Below, one piece after another: positions 19,853-28,914 of a stretch of DNA of 64,000 nt. Within the stretch, counting starts at the first letter, position 1; every line of letters starts with the position of its first letter. The position numbers and the translations under genes are program-made. Source of the stretch: Bacilli bacterium (GTDB lineage Bacteria > Bacillota_I > Bacilli_A > RFN20 > CAG-826); the NCBI GenBank assembly GCA_024408075.1, contig JAKSVK010000005.1, positions 4,942 through 68,941 of the forward strand. The letters run 5' to 3'. The notes under the pieces were generated by a model. It saw nothing but the letters and a program-made list of their open reading frames with translations, had not been told where the DNA came from and did not search any database.

Positions 19853-20953
19853 TTATAACTTCCTAATGTAATACCCTATTTTGTCAAATCTACCATTTAC
19901 TGGACGAATCTCATCTCCATCTTTATAGTAATAGAAATGATAAATTGCATCTCCAGGTAACTCTAATTTTGATCTATCCATTTTTGTATGTGGTTCTTGA
20001 CACCAAAACACTAATTCCATTGGGATGATCTTATCGTTTAATTTGTTGAGTTCACTAACATCATTATTTAATAAATGCTCAAAAGTTAATTTCATCAAGT
20101 TGACATTTGTAGACTTCTCTAAAACATTCCACATATGGCAACCATCAAGTCTAGGTGTAACTTCAATAAGATAGACTTCATTTTTCATTATTTTGAGTTG
20201 GAAATAGGCAGGACCGTTTTCAATTCCTATTCTTTTGCTGCAGTCCTTTACCAAATCAATCATTTTATTTTTTAAGTTGTTATCAAAGGTTTTGCCAGGA
20301 ACAATATGACGATGAATTAAACCTGGGTATTTTTCCCACGTATCTCTATCTGAGGCGACAAAATATCTCAGTTTTCCATCAACAAAATATGCATTAACAG
20401 AAATTTCTGGGCCATCAATATATTTTTCAACAATGACTTTTCCTTGACGAGAAAACTGTTTTGCTTTTTCAAATTTTTCTTCAAGCTCATTTTGGTTATG
20501 AATTATAAATATACCTCTTTGGCCTTGAGAATCTGAAGGTTTTAAGAAAACAGGAAAATCAATCTTAATTGGCTCAACTTCTGATAACACTTGATAAGGA
20601 ATATTACCTTTACATTCACTAGATAATTTATTTCTTAGTTCATTTTTATGATTGCAAATATAAGCAGTTGCTTCACTTACAAAATGAGGCATATTTAAAT
20701 CCTCGCTAATTTTACATGCGACAGGCATTGCTAAATCAGATCCAGCAGAATAAACAACATCAATATTGTTTTTCTTAATATAACTTTTAATCTCTTCAAC
20801 ATTTAATATATCAATAACATCAAAATGATCAGAAGCATCTGCTGCCGGGCCATCTTTACCTCGAGCAATTGTAAATGTCTCATGACCCATTTTTTTAAGC
20901 TCAATTACCGCATCGTATTGAGCAGATGATACTCCAAGAATTAAAACTTTCAT
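19853..20953 (-). CDS. ATP-grasp domain ligase (carbamoyl-phosphate-synthase-L/PylC-like)
   Basis: A pre-ATP-grasp Rossmann N-terminus, then FLKPSDSQGQRGIFII and VEKYIDGPEISVNAYFVDG. ATGA overlap with the aminotransferase gene. Confidence 0.65.
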   Translation of the reverse strand: MKVLILGVSSAQYDAVIELKKMGHETFTIARGKDGPAADASDHFDVIDILNVEEIKSYIKKNNIDVVYSAGSDLAMPVACKISEDLNMPHFVSEATAYICNHKNELRNKLSSECKGNIPYQVLSEVEPIKIDFPVFLKPSDSQGQRGIFIIHNQNELEEKFEKAKQFSRQGKVIVEKYIDGPEISVNAYFVDGKLRYFVASDRDTWEKYPGLIHRHIVPGKTFDNNLKNKMIDLVKDCSKRIGIENGPAYFQLKIMKNEVYLIEVTPRLDGCHMWNVLEKSTNVNLMKLTFEHLLNNDVSELNKLNDKIIPMELVFWCQEPHTKMDRSKLELPGDAIYHFYYYKDGDEIRPVNGRFDKIGYYIRKL

Positions 20954-22236
20954 TTTTTATTTTCCTTGTCTAAATATTTTGAAACCACGCTCTTAAAGCA
21001 TTCGATAACATAATTAACATCTTCATTCGAAAGCTTGCTATATAAAGGAAGTGAAATTTCATTTTCGAATTTAGCATAAGCTATTGGATATTCCTTAATA
21101 TCAAATCCTAAATTTTTGTATGCAGTAAGAAGAGGGAGTGGCTTGAAATGAACATTTGCACAAACTCCAAATTTTGATAATTCAACAATTATCTCATTAC
21201 GTTCTGCACAATTTATACCAGGTATTCTAGTAGCGTAAATGTGTCCTGAACTAATATAATCGTTGGTACAGTGATTTAATGTTTCAATACCTAAAGGTTT
21301 AAAAGCTTTGTCATACATTTTAATAATCTCATGCCTTCTAGAAACCATTTCAGGATATCTTTCTAATTGGCCGAGTCCAATAGCTGCCATGATGTCGGTC
21401 ATGTTGCTTTTATACCATGTTCCAACAACATCATATTCCCAAGCGCCTAATCGTTCTTTTGAATAAGCATCTTTGTTTTGACCATGTAAACTATATAGTT
21501 GAATTTGATGGTATAAATCATCATCATCTATCCCATCAAAATGTTTAAAAGTAAGTGCGCCGCCTTCACCAGTAGTGAAGTTTTTTGTTGCATGAAAAGA
21601 AAACGCGGTAAAATCGGCAATGGTTCCGATTCGTTTTCCTTTATATAAAGCACCTATTGCGTGTGCTGCATCATCAATAATAGCAACTCTTCCTAAGCTC
21701 TTTTGAACTTTTGAGGTTGCTACAAAAATATCTTTTTTTCTATTAACAATTTCAAAAATCTTCTCATAATCGCAAGGAACGCCAGCAATATCTACAGGAA
21801 TAATCGCTTTTGTGTTTTCATTTATTGCTCCTTCAAGTTTTTCATAATTCATTTCAATTGAACCATTTTTATTTGAACAATCAATTAAAACAATTTTGGC
21901 TCCAACATGATTAATAACTGAAGCTGAAGATGTATATGTATAAGCACAAGTTATAACTTCATCTTTAAGACTTCCGCCAGATTGTGGGCCAACACCAAGT
22001 AAACGCAAAGCAATCTCCAAAGAAGCGGTTGCAGAATTAAGGCATACACATCTAGCACATTCTTGTTTCTCTTTGTTAGTAAGATATTCGGCAAGTTTTT
22101 TCTCAAGTAATTTAGTTTTTGGCCCGGTAGTAATCCACCCAGAACGTAAAACCTCAGCGACATTATCAATTTCTAATTGAGATATATCAGGAATTGTAAA
22201 CTTAATTTCTCTTTTTTCCATTTTTAATTGCCTCAA
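20950..22236 (-). CDS. DegT/DnrJ/EryC1/StrS-family sugar aminotransferase (PglE-like)
   Basis: DDAAHAIGA and SFHATKNFTTGEGGAL (PLP lysine motif). Confidence 0.85.
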   Translation of the reverse strand: MRQLKMEKREIKFTIPDISQLEIDNVAEVLRSGWITTGPKTKLLEKKLAEYLTNKEKQECARCVCLNSATASLEIALRLLGVGPQSGGSLKDEVITCAYTYTSSASVINHVGAKIVLIDCSNKNGSIEMNYEKLEGAINENTKAIIPVDIAGVPCDYEKIFEIVNRKKDIFVATSKVQKSLGRVAIIDDAAHAIGALYKGKRIGTIADFTAFSFHATKNFTTGEGGALTFKHFDGIDDDDLYHQIQLYSLHGQNKDAYSKERLGAWEYDVVGTWYKSNMTDIMAAIGLGQLERYPEMVSRRHEIIKMYDKAFKPLGIETLNHCTNDYISSGHIYATRIPGINCAERNEIIVELSKFGVCANVHFKPLPLLTAYKNLGFDIKEYPIAYAKFENEISLPLYSKLSNEDVNYVIECFKSVVSKYLDKENKK

Positions 22237-22239
22237 AAG

Positions 22240-22887
22240 TTAATTGCTCATTCCTTCATCTAACATTTTTACTACTTGAAATCCTTCGGCGTATTCGACT
22301 TCATTTGAATAACCCCAAACATGATTTCTTTCGATATTCATCTCAAAAAGTCTATTCATTCTATTATGTTCTGGGCCATAGTAAGATAATGCCTTTTTCT
22401 TAAGTTCAACAAAATCAGAAATATCCACAAAATAACTTTGCGTAAAATTCATTTCTAGAGCATAGCCATTGCTTACGTATTCTAAAATGTTTTTGCAATG
22501 TCTCGCAGCGGTAAGACAAATTTTATTTGCTTCAACATGATCATTATTCATATCCATTCCAAAATGAATAAATACTGTATCAATGTTGTATTTATAAATT
22601 ATGTTTTCAACTTGTTGCATTATTTCTTTGCTATAAGCAAGGGTTGAACAAGGAACTGGATTTTCATTTTCAATTTCAATAACGCCTAACGCTTTCGAGG
22701 CCATTTTACTCGCATTTTTTGAAGAATCATAAGAAACATTAATGTTTCTTTCTTTAAAATCTGTTTCATTATCAGTAAGTGTGAATTTAAAAACTTTTTT
22801 GCCGTTTTTAACTAGTTTGGCCATCGTTCCACCACAACCTAATTCGGTATCATCGAAATGTGCACCAATAAAAAGTATGTTTTTCAT
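22240..22887 (-). CDS. PIG-L/LmbE-family N-deacetylase
   Basis: ILFIGAHFDDTELGCGGTMAK (AHPDD-type metal motif) and a downstream NNDHVE. Confidence 0.75.
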   Translation of the reverse strand: MKNILFIGAHFDDTELGCGGTMAKLVKNGKKVFKFTLTDNETDFKERNINVSYDSSKNASKMASKALGVIEIENENPVPCSTLAYSKEIMQQVENIIYKYNIDTVFIHFGMDMNNDHVEANKICLTAARHCKNILEYVSNGYALEMNFTQSYFVDISDFVELKKKALSYYGPEHNRMNRLFEMNIERNHVWGYSNEVEYAEGFQVVKMLDEGMSN

Positions 22888-22899
22888 GTTCTACCTCTT

Positions 22900-24054
22900 T
22901 TATTTACTTTCAATTTCTTTAATTATTTTTTTAACAAGTGATTCCATTGTGAAATCAGAGTATTCACTTAAAATATAATCAAAAGGAATTCTTTCTTTAT
23001 TTTTTGACTCTTTAATAAATTTCTCAATTTTGTGTATTTTTTCATCAGTTAGTTCATCGTTTTGATAAACACAGATTTTATTTTGATAATCTTGTAAATA
23101 CTTTGTCCCGCAACAATCTTTAATTTTCTCAATATGCAAAATTGGTTTGCCTGAAGCAATAAAATCAATTACTTTGCTTGGACACATATTTGTAGAATCA
23201 TGTCCCATACTAACCAAAACATCAGCATTAAGCATTACGTTATGTGCATCATTTTGACTAATTCTTTCATGGCAAATGTATTTATCTTGTAACTTTTCTT
23301 TCCATAGATTAATAGTGTTCTCATAATCACCAAGTTTCCCAATTGTGTAAAGCTTTACTGGAAGTGAAATTTTTTCAAATAATCTAAAAATAAAATCTGT
23401 ATTCTCAACACCTAAATAAAAATCACCTAGAAAAACACAGTTTATAAATTTAGGGTCAAAATTGATTGGACATTTATCATTTGTTTTCTTAATTTGACGA
23501 ATGCATGGAAGATGAAAATAAATAATCTTTTCTTTAAACGAAGCATTTTTGTAATCTTCTTCAAATTCTTTTAGAAATAATATTTTATTTGAGCGATTAA
23601 ACGCTTGTTCTTCGAGCTTAATAAATTCTTTCTTCTGTTCCATGCTTATGTGTGGATTATATGCATATGGATCAAACGAAATTGGAATCCATTTACATTT
23701 TCTATCTTTTAAAGCTTCAAATGTTAAAAGATTAACTTCAAATGCTTCTGCAACCGAGAACACACAGTCGTATTTTGTTGTATCAAGAATTTTTCCAATT
23801 GAATAAATAACGTTTCTACATTTTTCAAAACAAATATTTTGTCTTGGATAATCTTTTAGTTTAATGATGTTTACTTTGTTATGTTTGTCTGAATAAGAAA
23901 AAGATTTCCCAGATATCTCAATAGGGAAAACATCAACAGTGTATCCAAGGTTAGTTAAAGCTTCAGCAGTGCGGACAGTAATGCTGGTTGTAGCACTTGA
24001 ATCTGGATAATATGTATCTGTTATAAATAACAATCTTTTTCTAAGGTTTTCCAT
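22900..24054 (-). CDS. GT-B-fold glycosyltransferase-like protein (divergent)
   Basis: LLFITDTYYPDSSATTS N-terminus and C-terminal PSKVIDFIASGKPILH. No clean EX7E motif. Confidence 0.5.
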   Translation of the reverse strand: MENLRKRLLFITDTYYPDSSATTSITVRTAEALTNLGYTVDVFPIEISGKSFSYSDKHNKVNIIKLKDYPRQNICFEKCRNVIYSIGKILDTTKYDCVFSVAEAFEVNLLTFEALKDRKCKWIPISFDPYAYNPHISMEQKKEFIKLEEQAFNRSNKILFLKEFEEDYKNASFKEKIIYFHLPCIRQIKKTNDKCPINFDPKFINCVFLGDFYLGVENTDFIFRLFEKISLPVKLYTIGKLGDYENTINLWKEKLQDKYICHERISQNDAHNVMLNADVLVSMGHDSTNMCPSKVIDFIASGKPILHIEKIKDCCGTKYLQDYQNKICVYQNDELTDEKIHKIEKFIKESKNKERIPFDYILSEYSDFTMESLVKKIIKEIESK

Positions 24055-24062
24055 GCAACTAA

Positions 24063-24071
24063 ATTATAACA
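24063..24071 (-). promoter_or_regulatory. Extended -10 element (TGtTATAAT) 8 nt upstream of ATG 24054
   Basis: The minus strand reads ttgTTATAATttagttgcATG. No Shine-Dalgarno sequence lies between the -10 and the ATG. Confidence 0.35.
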
Positions 24072-24186
24072 ATACTTAAAGTATAGTTATATTAGCGTGA
24101 TATCTCAATTTATTTTTTTGCCACCAAAAATAAAACTTAAAAAATGATAATAATTTTTTAATAGTTAATCCAACAACTATGATAAC

Positions 24187-26067
24187 CTACTTATCGTCTT
24201 TATCAATTGTGTATGTTTCAATTATCGATGCTAATAATTTTTTAACATCAGTGGTTTCTTCCATATTAAACACATTTGAAATAGTTCTAATTTCTTCTTC
24301 GATTGGTTTAATTGATTCTTTTTCTTCTACAAAAATACGTTCATTTTTTGTTCTTGTCTGAGTATTCACATCTAGAAGCAATTCTTCAAACAATTTTTCT
24401 CCGGGTCTTAAACCAGTTTCAATAATCTTAATATCTTTATCAGGGACTAAGCCGGCTTGCCTAATTAACTTAATTGCGAGATCATAAATTTTAACTGGTT
24501 TGCCCATATCCAAAATAAAGATCTCTCCACCTTCTGCATATAACCCACATTGAAGGATTAAACTAACTGCTTCTGGTATAGTCATAAAATATCGAACAAT
24601 ATCTTTATGAGTTAATGTAATAGGTCCACCTTCTTCAATTTGTTTCTTAAATAACGGAACAACTGAACCATTTGAGCCTAAAACATTGCCAAAACGAACT
24701 GCAGCATAAGCTGTATTTTTAGATTTTTCTGAAAAATATTGAATTATGGTTTCTGCAAAGCGCTTTGTTGCACCCATAGTATTTGTAGGTCGAACAGCTT
24801 TATCGGTACTTATTAACACCATTTTCTTAACCTTATATTTATCTGCAAATTTCGCAACATTATATGTACCGATAACATTCGTTCTAATAGCTTCTATAGG
24901 ACAGTCTTCCATTAATGGAACATGTTTATATGCAGCGGCATGATAAATGTAATCTGGCTTATATTTCTTGATAATTTGTTCAACACTAGTTTCGTTATAT
25001 GTTGAGCCAATTAATGCAATAAGTTCAATATCATTAATATTTTCTTTTCTCATTTTACGAATGAGTTCTTGTTGAATGTCATAAGTACAGTTTTCGTAAA
25101 TATCAAAAACAATTAACTTCTTAGGATGCATTTTAAAGATTTGACGCATAAGTTCCGAACCAATGGATCCACCACCACCAGTAACTAAAACTGTTTTACC
25201 TCTTAACATCTCATTAACTTCAGTGTTGTCTAATTTAATTGGATCTCTATTAAGAAGCTCTTCAATATGAACATCCGTTACCTTAATATCTTTTCGAGAA
25301 GATATTTCACTTAAAAGCGGGAGTCTACGAACTCTTACATTACATGCTGATAAGCAATCAACAATTTCGCGAAATCTTTCTTCCGTTAAATTAGCAATTG
25401 CAATAATTGCTTCTTCAATTTCATATTCTTTTGCTATCTTTGAAACGTTACTAATCGGACCGACTACATCAATATTGAAATACGGTGTTCCAAATTTCTT
25501 TTCATCATCATCTACCAATACAACAATATTATTTTCTGACTTTGGATTATTTTTTAAATCATCAATAACAATTTTTGCAGCAGCACCTGCACCAATAAGC
25601 ATCGTGCGAACTCCAAGCTTTCTTTTTTCATTCATTCTTTGTACTACTTTAATTTCTCTAGGTAGATCACGAATAAATATGAGTAATAATAAAATCGCTA
25701 GAGAAGTCAAAAGCCACGTAATAATGTGTTTAGTTGTAAAATGAAGTTCTTTAACTGCAAAAAGAACAATTAAACCTATCAAAGCTGAAATAGAGTAGCC
25801 AATAGCAACTTTAATTCTATCGGTTAAGCAATAGTCATCGTATTGAGTGCGATAAAGCTTAACAAAAGCAAAAATAACAACAGTAATTAAAGCAGTACCA
25901 CTACAGTATAAAAGAATTCCAGTTAATGAACTAGCAAACGCATCTTTTGAGTATGAGCCAAGAAATCCTAAAAATGTTATGCCAAATATAATGGTTATAT
26001 CTAATAATATGTATAATTTTGTTAATGTAAAAAGCTTTTTCATAGATGCCTGATATAATACAGGCAT
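24187..26067 (-). CDS. Membrane-anchored UDP-HexNAc 4,6-dehydratase (CapD/PglF/Polysacc_synt_2)
   Basis: Four N-terminal TM helices, then VLVTGGGGSIGSEL, AAAYKHVP and STDKAVRPTNTMGATKR. The start is ambiguous (ATG 26067 or ATG 26043). Confidence 0.85.
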   Translation of the reverse strand: MPVLYQASMKKLFTLTKLYILLDITIIFGITFLGFLGSYSKDAFASSLTGILLYCSGTALITVVIFAFVKLYRTQYDDYCLTDRIKVAIGYSISALIGLIVLFAVKELHFTTKHIITWLLTSLAILLLLIFIRDLPREIKVVQRMNEKRKLGVRTMLIGAGAAAKIVIDDLKNNPKSENNIVVLVDDDEKKFGTPYFNIDVVGPISNVSKIAKEYEIEEAIIAIANLTEERFREIVDCLSACNVRVRRLPLLSEISSRKDIKVTDVHIEELLNRDPIKLDNTEVNEMLRGKTVLVTGGGGSIGSELMRQIFKMHPKKLIVFDIYENCTYDIQQELIRKMRKENINDIELIALIGSTYNETSVEQIIKKYKPDYIYHAAAYKHVPLMEDCPIEAIRTNVIGTYNVAKFADKYKVKKMVLISTDKAVRPTNTMGATKRFAETIIQYFSEKSKNTAYAAVRFGNVLGSNGSVVPLFKKQIEEGGPITLTHKDIVRYFMTIPEAVSLILQCGLYAEGGEIFILDMGKPVKIYDLAIKLIRQAGLVPDKDIKIIETGLRPGEKLFEELLLDVNTQTRTKNERIFVEEKESIKPIEEEIRTISNVFNMEETTDVKKLLASIIETYTIDKDDK

Positions 26068-26154
26068 TTATATTATATGAAAATTATACAATAATTGAAG
26101 TAATAATTAATTAAGAAACATAATTAGGCTCAAAATCAAAAGAATAAATCTAAA

Positions 26155-27123
26155 TTAATTTGAATTTACTGTTCTATTTTGAAGAAATCCTTTTGATTCA
26201 ATCTTTTTAAATATAATAGGATACAAAGTCATAAATAATAATGGGGTAGACATTTTTAAGAAGAAATGCATTATTCCATTATCTACTATTTTTCCTACCG
26301 GACCCACCAGAAGAGTTTCCCATGCAATATATAAGAATCCGCCAACAACTGCTCTAGCAACTTTTTGAGCTGTTGTTCCATTAGTATCAAATTTAACAAA
26401 TCTTCTTTCAATAAACCAGCCAGTCATAATTCCAAAGAAAACACCTGGATCTTTAAATCCATCCACCGTCATCTTTTTTGGGTCAACAATTAGTTTTCCA
26501 TCAATATAATCTAATGGATAACTTTTTAATGAAATATATAAAAGAAGACCAATGACTAAAATAGTAGCAATAACATAGATTATAATGTCAGCATTTTTAT
26601 ATTTATCGCAAAGATTTAAAAGAAATGCAATTAATACTGAAGAAGCCGCACCAACCGCTAAAGCAACAAGAACATCTTGTGGTGTATGAACTCCTAGATA
26701 TAATCTAGAAAACATTGTCAGTAAGACCATAGCGATTCCAAATACAATTACCCACCAATATTTTTTAAACGCCGCTATCATTCCACCATAAAATCCGGAT
26801 GTCGATGAAACATGTCCGCTAGGAAATGAATATCCAGTTGCAGCACCTAAAGCGCCTGGAACTGGTTTAATTCTTGCATCTCTAACCCAAGGTCTATAAA
26901 CAGAAAATGTGGCCTTAAAAAACGCACCAAAGAAAATTGATGTTCCGTATGAGCATAATATATTAGCTGCTCTTCGTTTACTAAAGTTCCAATAAATAAT
27001 TAAGGCAGGAACCATTATAAAATAATCAACCGCAATTAAAGTTATAAAAAGGAAGAAATTATCAAAACATCCACCTATAGATTCTCTCCAACACTGTATA
27101 CCATATAAAAAATCTAAATCCAT
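26155..27123 (-). CDS. PAP2-family membrane phosphatase
   Basis: PSGHVSS and SRLYLGVHTPQDV motifs. Polytopic. Confidence 0.8.
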   Translation of the reverse strand: MDLDFLYGIQCWRESIGGCFDNFFLFITLIAVDYFIMVPALIIYWNFSKRRAANILCSYGTSIFFGAFFKATFSVYRPWVRDARIKPVPGALGAATGYSFPSGHVSSTSGFYGGMIAAFKKYWWVIVFGIAMVLLTMFSRLYLGVHTPQDVLVALAVGAASSVLIAFLLNLCDKYKNADIIIYVIATILVIGLLLYISLKSYPLDYIDGKLIVDPKKMTVDGFKDPGVFFGIMTGWFIERRFVKFDTNGTTAQKVARAVVGGFLYIAWETLLVGPVGKIVDNGIMHFFLKMSTPLLFMTLYPIIFKKIESKGFLQNRTVNSN

Positions 27124-27187
27124 ACTACAAAACTACAACCTCAAAATTCATTACTTCTATTCATATATTATTTATCCATTTTTCTAC

Positions 27188-28828
27188 TTAACAGAAACGT
27201 TTTGATGCACCGTTGCCAAGTCTTTCAGCCCAAGACATCATCAAATCTTCTCTTCTATTAAAAATATCTTTTTTCATTCCAATTGTGTCAGAAAACACCA
27301 TCGTTTGACGATCATCTTTAGAAAATTTTACCCATTCATGTTCAGTAGTAGATGGGTTACCTGTTTTTGCAAAGTTTACCCACATTTCTTTAATTTGATA
27401 TTTTAATTCACATTCCCTGGCTATAAATGTCTCACCCATATGTTCAAAAGGATTATCAAATAAGTACATCATTTCCGTTCCATGAATAACGCCAAGTTCA
27501 TTATTTACTCCTGGTTTTTCTAAAAAATACATAAATGAATTACCACCAGCATTAGAATGACGGATTGCCATGTTTGTATTTCCTGCGCGGAAATTCAAAT
27601 CATTAGCGTATTGTTGAAGTCTTTCTAATTCATCTTCACCAGATAAAGTATCCATGAATGCATCAAACATAACTTTTTCTTCATCATTTAACATAGTTCT
27701 ATCTTTTCTTACAACCCATCGAAGAGCTTCAGTAAATTTTTCTTTGCTTTGTTCAAAAGGTAAGAAATATTTAACTTCATCTCTATTAGAACCAATTAAT
27801 AAATCAATACCTGCAAGATCTTCGCTTTCCCACATCTTGTACATATCCGCTCTATCTTCAGGTAGAATACGACCATCAAGAAGAGGGAAATTAGCAGCGC
27901 CAAGCATATTTTTTGTATCAATAGCGGTGCCATCCTTAGTTGCTTTTATTAATTGATCTACTGAAAGGTTAAGAAGTTGGTCCATATTTTTGCATCCAGT
28001 AACATGAAGGAAATTTTCAGTTACATGCATTCCATGTTCCATAGTGTCGCAATAAGCAAGACTACTACTTTGTATTATTACTCTATTAAATAAGCCTTTG
28101 CTTCCTTCTATTAAAGGTAAGAAGGAGATGCTAGCAGAGCCAGCTGATTCTCCAAATAATGTAACTTTATTAGGATCTCCTCCAAACGCAGAGATATTTT
28201 TATTAATCCATTTAAGAGCTTCTAATTGATCTAATAATCCAAGGTTAGTTGCATCCTTGTAATTTTCACCACCATCAACCTTTTCAAAATTCATAAATCC
28301 CAAAAATCCTTCGCGGTATTCAATTGTAACGAAAATAACATCAGGATATTGATTAGCAATATGAGAAAGGTCATACAAAGGTGATGAAATTGATTCAGAA
28401 ACAAAACCACCACCATGAATCCAAACCATTACGGGTTTGTTTTTAATGGTAGATTTTTTGCTGTTAAAAACATTTAAAACAAGACAATCTTCCCCAAATT
28501 GTACCGCTCCATTAGTATCATCATTAGTGCCTATCGGCATATGACCAGGTTTAACGGCTGCAAAAGTACCATCATTATCTTCTGCTGGCAATGCTTTTTT
28601 CCAGCGAAGTGACTTTCCTACTGGTTGAGTAGCATATGGAACTCCTCTCCACACAACTATATCTTTACTTTCGTCTCCAACAAATGTCCCATTATTGCAT
28701 TTAGCAGAATTAAATTCCGTAATTTCAGGTATTGGTTCAACAATAGGTGCTGGTTCAGAGGATTTTCCGCATGACGATAAAAGTGAAACTGCCACTATAG
28801 CCCCCATTAATAACGCTCTTTTTTTCAT
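27188..28828 (-). CDS. Type-B carboxylesterase/lipase, predicted lipoprotein
   Basis: Signal peptide with lipobox LLSSC, oxyanion VWIHGGGF and nucleophile elbow GESAGS. Confidence 0.85.
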   Translation of the reverse strand: MKKRALLMGAIVAVSLLSSCGKSSEPAPIVEPIPEITEFNSAKCNNGTFVGDESKDIVVWRGVPYATQPVGKSLRWKKALPAEDNDGTFAAVKPGHMPIGTNDDTNGAVQFGEDCLVLNVFNSKKSTIKNKPVMVWIHGGGFVSESISSPLYDLSHIANQYPDVIFVTIEYREGFLGFMNFEKVDGGENYKDATNLGLLDQLEALKWINKNISAFGGDPNKVTLFGESAGSASISFLPLIEGSKGLFNRVIIQSSSLAYCDTMEHGMHVTENFLHVTGCKNMDQLLNLSVDQLIKATKDGTAIDTKNMLGAANFPLLDGRILPEDRADMYKMWESEDLAGIDLLIGSNRDEVKYFLPFEQSKEKFTEALRWVVRKDRTMLNDEEKVMFDAFMDTLSGEDELERLQQYANDLNFRAGNTNMAIRHSNAGGNSFMYFLEKPGVNNELGVIHGTEMMYLFDNPFEHMGETFIARECELKYQIKEMWVNFAKTGNPSTTEHEWVKFSKDDRQTMVFSDTIGMKKDIFNRREDLMMSWAERLGNGASKRFC

Positions 28829-28914
28829 TACTTTTCGTTTCCTTTCTAAAATTCTTTAGTTTTGCATCAATTTAATAAAACGACCTTATAAGCCGTTTTA
28901 AGAAAGCTCTCTAA

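Noticed and set aside
13127-20952. Possibility of an alternative genetic code (TGA=Trp), given the mollicute-like gene content and AT richness
   Set aside because: TGA terminates well-supported ORFs in ATGA overlaps at 13127-13129, 17242-17244 and 20950-20952. All long ORFs are intact under the standard code.
26040-26067. Perfect inverted repeat ATGCCTG-n8-CAGGCAT spanning the first ATG of the CapD/PglF gene, considered as a regulatory hairpin
   Set aside because: It lies between two alternative start codons (26067 and 26043). It has no U-tract and no partner element. There is not enough evidence to call it more than start-site ambiguity.
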